From NCBI RefSeq assembly GCF_006345805.1, contig NW_021834522.1:1-47877 (forward strand): a stretch of DNA of 47,877 bases, in the 5' to 3' direction. Of the stretch, positions 37,291-47,877 are shown piece after piece. The notes under the pieces are model-generated. The model was not told where the DNA came from. It did no database searches and saw only the letters and a list, made by a program, of their open reading frames with translations. Source of the DNA: Octopus sinensis (Eukaryota). Positions within the stretch are counted from its first letter, which is position 1. Every line of letters begins with the position of its first letter. The translations under genes were made by a program, and so were the position numbers.

Positions 37291-37530
37291 TTATTATTAC
37301 TGGGTGAGAGAGCAGCACACGCCAAGTGACGTTGAGGTAAAATATGCGAAGCTCAATATACCCATCATAACGACACGTCTGATATGAGTACACCAGGCAC
37401 ATGCATCACAACCACATATCCGCGACGTAGTGACCTCGTAACAATATAAATAGTGCATGACCTTGCAGCTGGGGTCCAGTTAGAACTTTCTTCAGGGCTA
37501 GTAGCCCAACCCGCTCAAGAGAATCCCCGA
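37290..37530 (-). mobile_element. 3' end of a non-LTR retrotransposon with (TAA)n tail
   Basis: Unique block ending on - in ...ctctctcacccagtaataataataat; family recognition from memory only. Confidence 0.4.
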
Positions 37531-37558
37531 ATAATTATCATTATTATTACTATCGAAA

Positions 37559-37735
37559 GAGCGGCGAGCTGGCAGAATCGTTAAGACGGCAGGCAAAATG
37601 CTTAGCGGCATTTCGTCCGTCATTATGTTCTGAGTTCAAATTCCTCCGCAGTTGACTTTGACTTTGGTCGTTTCAGAGTCAATAAATAAGTACCAGTGAA
37701 GTACTGAGTCGTTGTAATCGACTAGCCCCCTTGTG
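37559..37735 (+). mobile_element. SINE family B copy
   Basis: gcggcgagctggcagaatcgttaag...gttctgagttcaaattcc. Confidence 0.85.
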
Positions 37736-37757
37736 GATGTGGTGTTGGTGATGATGT

Positions 37758-37807
<50 letters not shown>

Positions 37808-38260
37808 GTAATACCGCTGTTGATGTTGATGATGATGATATTAGACATTAAAAGCAATTTCATTTTTATAACAGTAATTCCAAGATAGTAAGTAGCAGAG
37901 TTGGTAGAGTATCGGACGAAATGATTTGCGGTATTTAGTTGTGGTTTATTTTTTTACGTTCTGTATTCACAACTGAACGCGGTCAGTTTCGCCCCCTATC
38001 CCTCCGAGGTTAGTAAACAAAGTAGTAAGAACGATTCAATCGTCTCTACCTTACCAATCCAAATGTGTGACCCTGTATCTCTGTCAGAAATAGCAATTGT
38101 GAAGATAGACGTAACACCATTTCTCAAACACACTTCCCTAACACATCATGGCAGCCATATTGAGATTCGAACTTGCAGAAAGTTTGAATAGACATGACTT
38201 TTGCTGAAGCATACATCGTTTATGATTGAATAGGTTTCTGCTAAAGTGTATGTATATGTA

Positions 38261-38317
<57 letters not shown>

Positions 38318-38430
38318 GAGCCACACACACACACACACACACACACGCTCTCTCTCTCTCACACAAATATTCACGCATAAGCGATTATATTTCTCTTTTT
38401 TCTCTCTGTCTATATAAGCACATACATATA

Positions 38431-38642
38431 TACTCTCTTTTACTCTTTTACTTCTTTCAGTCATTTGACTGCGGCCGTGCTGGAGCACCGCCTATAGTCG
38501 AACAAATCGACCCCAGGACTTATTCTTTGGAAGCCCAGTACTTATTCTATCGGTCTCTTTTGCCGAACCGCTAAGTTACGGGGCCGTAAACACACCACCA
38601 TCGGTTGTTAAGCGATGTTGGGGGACAAACAAAGCCATATAA

Positions 38643-38705
<63 letters not shown>

Positions 38706-38886
38706 ATATATATACATAAATACGAAGGGCTTCTTTCAGTTTCCGTCTACCAAATCCACTCACAAGGCTTTGGTCGGCCCGAGGCTATAGTAGAAGACAC
38801 TTGCCCAAGATGCCACGCAGTGGGAATGAACCCGGAACCATGTGGTTCGTAAGCAAGCTACTTACCACTCAGCCACTAATGCACCT
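38431..38886 (-). mobile_element. Full-length SINE family A
   Basis: Head at 38886, internal CA/TA tract, (aaagagt)n tail; close match to 6880-7359. Confidence 0.9.
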
Positions 38887-38923
38887 ATAAAAGAGTAAGT
38901 CAGTAAGTTATAATATAATAAAT

Positions 38924-38966
<43 letters not shown>

Positions 38967-39322
38967 CAGTGCATATATGTATACACACACATATATAAAT
39001 ATATATATATACATAATATATCAAGATTCAGTTGAGTAAGGTACTTAAAGGTAAGGCACCGGGTTAGGTCAGAATAAAATATTAACAGAGCAATTATAGA
39101 CGAATGGCAACATCGGTAGAGATGTTCTGGCAGAAGGATATTCAGGTTATGTAAGCAATTAATTGAACCCAACTGTGTGTGTGTGTGTATACATCATCTC
39201 TTGAGCTATTCAGAAAAGCACATTTTATTAGATATACGGTGTATTACATACTTCAAAACACTATGGTGCAGGTTCTGAGAGAGATGACTTATAAATAAAT
39301 AACATCCGATGGATAGGTGTTA

Positions 39323-39390
39323 CTTTACTACAGCCGTTTCTAACGAATTTTTTAATTGAACATTATAAAACACGCTTTCATCAAATAAAA
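39323..39390 (-). ncRNA. Degenerate hammerhead-like motif within a ~55-bp-arm inverted repeat (39305-39478)
   Basis: TTTTAT-TTGATGA-...-GAAAC-GGCT-GTA/GTAAAG: helix I of 6 bp with two G-U pairs, helix II poor. Confidence 0.35.
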
Positions 39391-39539
39391 ACGCTGTTCT
39401 ATAATGATATAATGTAGTCAGTGATCAATAAAAAAATTCGTTAGAAACGGCTGCAAGGAATTGACACTTCTCCATCGGTTCACTTCTTCAATTCCATCGC
39501 TTCCCATCTCTATTTGGCTTTTATTTGGCCTTGTGATAC

Positions 39540-39760
39540 GTCTTCACACGGTTCATTTTTAAGCCTGCTGCTGAACTATGACAGTTCTGTCTGCAGGATA
39601 TGCAGCTGTGAATCGGAGGTGTGTTAGTAGCTTGCCATGATGCTCACACTACCTTTTCAGTTAATGTCCTTAATGACCATTTCTAGAAATGCGGTGAAGA
39701 GCTTTGGAGAGACCTGTTACTTTGGAGTTTCTGAGCACTGAAAATACATATATATTCCAC
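39540..39760 (-). mobile_element. RTE-clade LINE reverse-transcriptase remnant
   Basis: Frameshifted SPKLFTAFLEMV, GKLLTHLRF and a degenerate GLKMNxxKT-like segment. Confidence 0.65.
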
Positions 39761-40326
39761 ATGAACATACAGGCTCGCACCTCCCCCAGACACAAAGAAG
39801 AAACACGCTATTACTGGATTATTATAAAACTGTTATGCGAATTTAAATTTCACTATCGTCAGAATTCAACTGTGAAAAGAATATCTGGAAGGACTTATTT
39901 CGTTTTGAAAAGAGGTTTATTCTTATGATTCTCAATTTTCAACATGTTCACCCTCGTGATTCGATTCTGAAGTTACAGAAATACGTCTTATAGGCTGAAT
40001 CACGTTAGTTTTAGCTATATTAAAAGTCATCCATCGAACAAAAGTCTAGATGAACAAACAGTTATCTTCAGATGTTTGCACCCATAGACATCTACTGGAA
40101 TCAAGTTTGGTGATTGAGCAAACTACTAGCACTTTTTCATTGACAGGGAATTTTTCATTCAGAAATTGTTTCGCTCTGAGAACAAATGAACAAGGCTTAC
40201 GTCCATGTTAATATGATGTATCCCATACCATGTCTGTATTATGCCAAATTGGGGAAACTATAAAATTAAATATAGAGCACGTAGTCTATGTATTATGTAT
40301 ATGAGCGTGTGTACGCGTGCTCGTGT

Positions 40327-40435
<109 letters not shown>

Positions 40436-40821
40436 AGTATGTCTATATATTCACTGGAAATTTTCTACAACTCATTAGAAATGAGATGAAGCTAGTTGAA
40501 TTAAGTCAACGGAAAGAATGAAAGTCGCATGCACCCGTGTATGTATACACATATCTCTTGCTTTTAATAATTTGAATTTTTCGTGATAAAGAAGCAAAGC
40601 TGTGTCACTGAATTTTTTATTACACCTATAAATGTTACATATTTTACTGTACCATTTAGAGAGTATATCTAGAAAATGTTTGCTAAATGGTCTCTTCCTT
40701 TGCCTAAAAATATTAGCTTTTCCAATTTGCTACGAAAACGTTTACTAACATGTCCAAGTGTACAAATGATCATCGGTATAAATATGAATTGATAATCAGG
40801 CTATATCTATCTATCTATCTA

Positions 40822-40866
<45 letters not shown>

Positions 40867-40957
40867 GTATATGTATATAATTGTATGTATGTATGTATGT
40901 ATCTATGCATGCATGCATGTATGTATGCATGCATGCATGTATGTATGTATGTATATA

Positions 40958-41053
<96 letters not shown>

Positions 41054-41071
41054 CATATATATATATATATG

Positions 41072-42056
41072 CAAGGTGCATCAGGTATTTGAGGACATAC
41101 CATTTTTGGGTCATTGCTGCATTTTTTGCTAACTCTGTATAACCTTTCAAAGTTTGTAAGGAGCTAGAGACTGACGATGGAAATGCATAAACAGTATCAA
41201 AACATAAAAAGCATTCTAAACGCTCTGAAATCATCAGAACACCTGAATTTATCCAGCAAGTTGAACAGACCATTGATTACAATCCCAGAAAGTCCATGAG
41301 GTCAATTGCAAAAGATCTCCATGTGTCAGAAGGAACAGTCAGAAATGTCCATGAAGACATTAGATCAAAAAAGTTAACAGAATAAAATAACAGATGATTA
41401 TGTGCAGACCCTTCTGAATTTCCAAGTGTTATACTTACAATATTCCCTGCAACTGTCATGTTTTTAGGGGTTGTCAGCAATAAAGGACATGTGATGCCTA
41501 CTTACTTCTTTCTATAAGTGATGCCTACTTACTTCTTTCTCTAAAGCCTTAGAGTTAACTCTGCTGCCTACATTGAAGTCCTGGAAATAATTGTCAAGCG
41601 CTGGATAGACAGTGTATGCAATGGAAGGCCATATGTGTTTCAGTAAGACTCATGGCTCTAATAACACAAGAATGGATGGCTGAAAATTTTCATGATCACA
41701 TAACCCCTAACATTTGGCCTCCTAATCCCCTAGATCTCAATCTATTGGACTATTACATATGGAGCGTAGTTGAGAGAGAGGCCAATGAACACACCCATAG
41801 CACAAAGGATTCTTTAAAAGCTGCCATAGTCAGAGTAATGTCCAAAATGAACCAGGACCACTTGATTCGAGCATCTAGATGATTTAGATCTCATCTAGAA
41901 ACAGTTGTTGAAGTTGAAGGTGGCTTTCTTGAATAACATTATAGAAAAGGTTTATTTTTATCCTTATAGCATTTTTTGATAAATAAAGTTATTATCTGTT
42001 ATTATATATGTTTTATTATAAACATAAATCTGACTTCAGATATCTTGCGCACCCTG
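41072..42056 (+). mobile_element. maT/DD37D-type Tc1/mariner transposon remnant
   Basis: Diverged TIRs (caaggtgcatcagg... / ...cttgcgcaccctg|ta); [63 protein letters not shown]. Confidence 0.88.
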
Positions 42057-42474
42057 TATATATATGTGTATACATATATGCGCGTGTGTATGTCTGTGAA
42101 TGTGTGCTCGTATGTATGTCTAATTAATGAATTTAACCTAACTGCTGATAAACAGAAATGAAAGAGAAAGGAGACGGCCGAAATGAGTAATAACCATTGC
42201 GAATGGATTACTCCCACTTTAGTAGCTACTCTACATATGTTTAGAAAATCATTCACTTCCGCACACGGGCGTGGTTTGGAATGCCAATGACAAATATATT
42301 TCTGTCAGAAAACTACGATTAGAGAAGCATAACATTTTTACCCATTAAATTGTTTTGCATCCTCGCCAGCCACCGTCCCAAACAAGACACTAAAGCCGTT
42401 TATAACATAAAGTGAAGGGCGTGTGCGACTAAAGGGACTTAAGATGTCAAAACAGCCGAGTGCATCGCTCTCTA

Positions 42475-42513
<39 letters not shown>

Positions 42514-42537
42514 AACGAATTATGCGTGTTGCGCTGT

Positions 42538-42602
<65 letters not shown>

Positions 42603-42789
42603 CATACATGCATACGTACACACACTCACGCACACACACATACAGCGCGCACACGCACACATACATACGCACGCATACACATACATATCAATTTGTGATT
42701 TCGTTACTTACAAAAGGAATCACGAGCCCTAATTAAAGTAAGGTTCTCAACACACCAAAATAGAGGTGTATTTATTAAAAATTTTTGGG

Positions 42790-43260
42790 AAAGGTACACT
42801 TACAATTGCATACCCAGGGAATTGTTCATTTACGCGGAGAAGAACTAGTCGGGTGTATAGATGACATACACGTAGGAGGTGAATTTAACTTCTAAAACTG
42901 GAAATTCTCGACCTCACTACCACCAAATATCTTTTTCAATCATACCATTTATCCATATTCCCAACATAGCAAATATTGTACTTCACAAGCATCCCTTCTG
43001 CTTAAGAAATATAAAATCCTTCAACCGTACAGAACCACAAACCCTTAAGAAAATTGAGGTAAGATCCACAATGGAGTTCTTACTTCTCTCACATCTAGGA
43101 CGAAACATCTGCTGCTCACAGCCGTCCTAGACAACACCTGGATAAAGGGCACTAGATTGATGGACATAAAGTCACAATCACCAATCTTTACGTTATTGAT
43201 TTTTCTACCTCTCATTGATTTTTGTACTACTACCATAATGGCCTCTAGATTATCTTCACT
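42790..43260 (+). pseudogene. Possible very old LINE AP-endonuclease remnant
   Basis: IDDIHVGGEFNF*NW resembles the GDFNxPxxxW motif; later VIDFSTSH resembles SDH. Many stops. Confidence 0.25.
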
Positions 43261-43903
43261 TGTCACTTTCAGTTGACTCTCCCCTACCTCCCCTACCACC
43301 ACATACATCGTGTCCAACCTTCTCAGATTCATATTTAACCGCTATACCCAATCTTCATTTTACCCTGAATATCATCCCTCTCAAATAACCCCCTGCACAT
43401 GTTGACTCAATAGCTACAGTGAATATAATCAATCTCATAGGGTGTGTGATGGTCATGGGCCTTGCCTCTTCCTCAGACTAAATTCTCAATGTAGCGTCTA
43501 TAGTCGGTTATTTATTTTATTAACATGAAAGGAACTTTCCATGTCCCCCTAAACTTGATAGAAATGGATTAAAATTTACAAGAGAAATAAAAAACAGGTA
43601 AATGGTAAAATAAATAAATAATAGACGATAAAACATATAAAGAAGTGAATAAATATATAAATAGATAAATAAATGAATGACTAGAAGAGCAGGAAATGAA
43701 ATTGAAAGTAAGCTGCTAGCAGAAATCGAACGCTTTCCGTTCAATTTTGCAATATTTAAAACCAAAACAAAACGGTAAGAAAGAAATTGAAGATGAAAGA
43801 ATAGAGCAAAATATAATGAAGAAAACTCCCGAGGCCATGCAATTTATGTTGCAGAGATGTAATAATAATAATAATAATAATAATGATGATGATGATAATA
43901 ATA

Positions 43904-43952
<49 letters not shown>

Positions 43953-44503
43953 TTACTAATGACATAGCGGAGATTTATTTGTGTTTTCTGTTCATATCAT
44001 TGTCATGTGATTTTCTTTACAGTATTTTTTTTTACATTTCTTTGTATTTAATTTATTTTCAGATTGTTATCAGTTCATTTATATTTATTTTTTAATATTT
44101 TTTCTTCCATCTTGCTTACAATTCATTTCGCTATGTTTAGAGTATGAATAGTTGAATGGTGAAGTTGACGAACAAAATGGCGGAAGAATAAAACGAATGC
44201 TTCTTTGCTTGCGCCGAAAGGCAAATTAATTTCGCCGGGAAACAGGAAAACTTTGTTTAAAAGATTTTTCTAATAACTGGAATCTCTTTTATGGAGGCCA
44301 TTACAAGAAGACGAGCAGATAAGCAATATATATGCCTCATAGTTGACAATCAACGTTAATCTCTGTAGTCATACGAAATACGATGGATATCAACAAAGAA
44401 TAAATGGCTGCAAATATATGTATACAGGAACACACACACGCACGCATGCACGCACACACACTCACACACACACACGAATATATGTGTGTGTATATATATA
44501 TAT

Positions 44504-44557
<54 letters not shown>

Positions 44558-44565
44558 TTATATGT

Positions 44566-44599
44566 GCTAGCGCGGAAAACGGACGTTAAACGATGATGA

Positions 44600-44698
<99 letters not shown>

Positions 44699-44838
44699 CT
44701 ATATATATATTATATATATATAATATGATATATATATGAATATATATATACTTATGTATGATATATATATGTGTGTGTGTGTATGTGTTTGTGTGTGCGT
44801 GTGTATGTATGTGTATATATATATATAAATATAGCTAT

Positions 44839-44874
<36 letters not shown>

Positions 44875-44930
44875 ATAGATTAAATATATATGTGCTAGCG
44901 CGGAAAACGGACGTTAACGATGAGATGATG

Positions 44931-44932
<2 letters not shown>
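44566..44932 (+). mobile_element. Two copies of a LINE/SINE 3' tip with (GAT)n tail in a ~328-bp tandem duplication
   Basis: gctagcgcggaaaacggacgttaa(a)cgatga... at 44566 and 44894, each followed by similar TA/GT mosaics. Confidence 0.6.
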
Positions 44933-45006
<74 letters not shown>

Positions 45007-45014
45007 TATATAAT

Positions 45015-45058
<44 letters not shown>

Positions 45059-45501
45059 ATATATATGAATATATATATACTTATGTATGATATATATTGT
45101 GTGTGTGTGTTGTGTTGTGTGTGCGTGTGTATGTATGTGTATATATATATACTATATATATATATATTATATATATATATATATCCACGCACACACATAC
45201 TCATCAAAATTCATACGCTCAGACATATAGATCCTCAATATATAATGGTCTGAAAATACACACGCAAATACAATTACAACCACATATGCACATACAATCG
45301 CACCCACAAACATGCAGATATGTGTTCGCGTGTACATACATTAACTTACATCCAATGTGAATTTAATCCTTACCCGAATGTCGATGTGTGTGTTTATGTG
45401 TCTGTGTTTGTGCATTCGTAAATGTGTGCAAAAATTAACAAGTTAAGTTATTGACTGATGCAATAAAAAAACAAGCGCTTGTGTGTGTGTGTTTATACTC
45501 A

Positions 45502-45546
<45 letters not shown>

Positions 45547-45564
45547 ACATATCTACATCTATAA

Positions 45565-45656
<92 letters not shown>

Positions 45657-45972
45657 ATATATATATATATTATACATATATATGCATACATTTTATAGAT
45701 TGACTATAAAATGTATGCAGTGAATGTAATAAATAGAGAAATTAATTCAAATTTTAATGAAAATTGTATCTGAAATACCATCTCACTTCTATAACAACCA
45801 TTAAAACTACAACATAAACAACATTCTGAATCACAACACCAACAGTAACAACAAGATTAGAATTTAATCAGATTTAATACAATTTTTTTCTTCAAGTATT
45901 TGTGGTTATCAGATTTGTAAACTTTATATTTGTTTCTTATTTAAATAACCTAAACACACACACACACACACA

Positions 45973-46003
<31 letters not shown>

Positions 46004-46073
46004 CTAGCACGCACATACACAGATACACACAGAGATACATTCAAATATATACATATATGAATATACATACACA

Positions 46074-46136
<63 letters not shown>

Positions 46137-46285
46137 TAATCTATCTAACTATCTCTCTCTCCCTCTATCTATCTATTTGCACATATATGCACATAGGGTT
46201 ATGAATATTGATATATATTACAGATCAGTACATTATATATATATATGGTTGTTAAGCATCATTACGCTTCGTGCAAAGTTATAAT

Positions 46286-47877
46286 TGTCTAAGAAGTTGG
46301 CTTTAGTTAATTCATCGTCAAAAACTATGCGCAAGCCCATTCTACTAAAAAACCTAACGATGAATTAAGTAAAGCCAACATCTTAGACATTACCCTCAAT
46401 TTGCAGAATAACTCATACTTCCCTTATCATAAACCTTCCACAAATCTTAAGTTATTAGCATTTTCAGTAATCATGCCAGGCCAATTACCGATAATTTAGT
46501 TAAAAACATATCTCTGAGACTGTCCAAATTATCTGCTAATGTCGACATCTTTAACCAAAAGGCAGACTTCTATAATGCCGCCTTGTTAAGAGCCGGTTAT
46601 AAGGAGAAAGTGTCATACATCGACTCAGCTCATTCTAAACCAACATCTGCTTCTCCAGATTGTAAAGGTACTCGTAATAGGAATAATGATTTCAATTCAA
46701 ATAGTGCTAGCAACCCTGTACATAAAATAAATTCTTTACGGACTAGGGGAGGTAAGCGCCATGCAACCCCAAATTTCCAACCCAGAAATTTTCCCCTTAC
46801 TATCACAAATAACACTAAGAACAATTCAAAGGCCACAAAAAACTGTATCTGGTTCGTAATACCTTTCGGAAAACAAATTAAATCGAACCTTCCCTTACAG
46901 TTCCGTGAAGCCGTTGCTAAGAACTTTCCCAGAAATTCTAGATTACATTCTATTATCAATTCCCACAAGGTCAGAATCGCTTTCTCTAACACTAGGAATC
47001 TTTCACAAATTATATCTTCCCACAATACCTAGCTGCTAAACAAAGATCTTCACCACGGGAGTTCCAACACTAATCTTGCTAATTCCAACCCATCATACAA
47101 TCATAATAAAGGATAGTATTATAGTAACTGCATCGGTAGCCAGGAAAGTGTTAACAATGATAATATTAATAATAGTATTAGTCGTGTTAATAACAATGGT
47201 AGTGGTTGATGTACAGCAATAACGGTATTATTGTCAGTGGTATTACCGGTTGTAGTACCATTAATAATACTAATAATAATAGAAATAATGTAGTTGTTAG
47301 CGCTAATAATAATAGTAACAACAATCATAACAATAAAAACTTCGTTTCGATCTCGGAGGACAACCCCAACAGAATTAAATTTTTGTCTAGTAATTCTAAG
47401 ATTAAGAATTCTATTTACCAGTGTAGAATTTCTTCCGGTACCGATGTCTTCTTCTATATAGGAGCGTCCACTTCCCAGTTATCCAAGAGAATTTCAAACC
47501 ACTATTCAACATTCAGGTATAGTAAAAAACGACATAGTACAGGGCTAAGTAAATTAGTTTGGCGTCTTAATGACAACAATATAATTTTCAAGTTCATACT
47601 GTCTGTATCCTTTCCTTTTGATAAGGGCTGGAGATTTTGTAACATTTGTAATTCTGAACTCTTCCATATTCTTTTCTCTAAGGTTCCCCTAGTAAACACA
47701 TCATAGAAAAATCATACAAATGTAAACACTGGCAGAAACACCTTTCTACTCATATAAATGATACGATAGTCACTGTGTTTGAACAATTAGCTTTACGTCC
47801 ACCCCACTACTACAGAGAATTCTTCCTAAGCCTTCGAACATTCCTCAATAAACGTACCCTTCCCTCTCCACTTGTTC
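46286..47877 (+). mobile_element. 5'-truncated Penelope-like retroelement: RT thumb + linker + GIY-YIG endonuclease (decayed; runs off window)
   Basis: KANILDITLNLQNNSYFPYHKP (46371), SNHARP...RLSKLS...YNAALLRAGYKEK, CIWFVIPFGK...KVRIAFSNTRNLSQIISSHN, IYQC...FYIGAST (47413-47470), KRISNH, TGLSKLVWRL, CNICNSE, KCKHWQK; frameshifts and stops. Confidence 0.9.

Overview
AT-rich, microsatellite-saturated eukaryotic genomic DNA. The repeat style (tRNA-derived SINEs, (TA)n/(CA)n/(TCTA)n/(AAT)n tracts) points to an octopus/coleoid cephalopod; this is inferred, not database-confirmed. It is most likely intronic: only one credible host exon candidate was found (22251-22329, + strand). Nearly all supplied ORFs are microsatellite artefacts. 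The real content is transposable elements: Penelope-like retroelements (PLEs; RT + GIY-YIG remnants at 15.4-18.7 kb and 46.3-47.9 kb, plus fragments), four Tc1/mariner-superfamily remnants, CR1 and RTE LINE fragments, a probable Helitron and many SINEs. The most striking signal is at least seven type-I hammerhead ribozyme (HHR) motifs, plus one weaker one, from several unrelated small-element families. They include one fully canonical copy, a U3-A8 compensatory variant and extra-nucleotide variants. They sit mostly beside (TA)n tracts, are often in head-to-head fold-back inverted repeats, and are almost all antisense to the candidate host exon. All analysis was by eye; boundaries of degenerate repeats are approximate.
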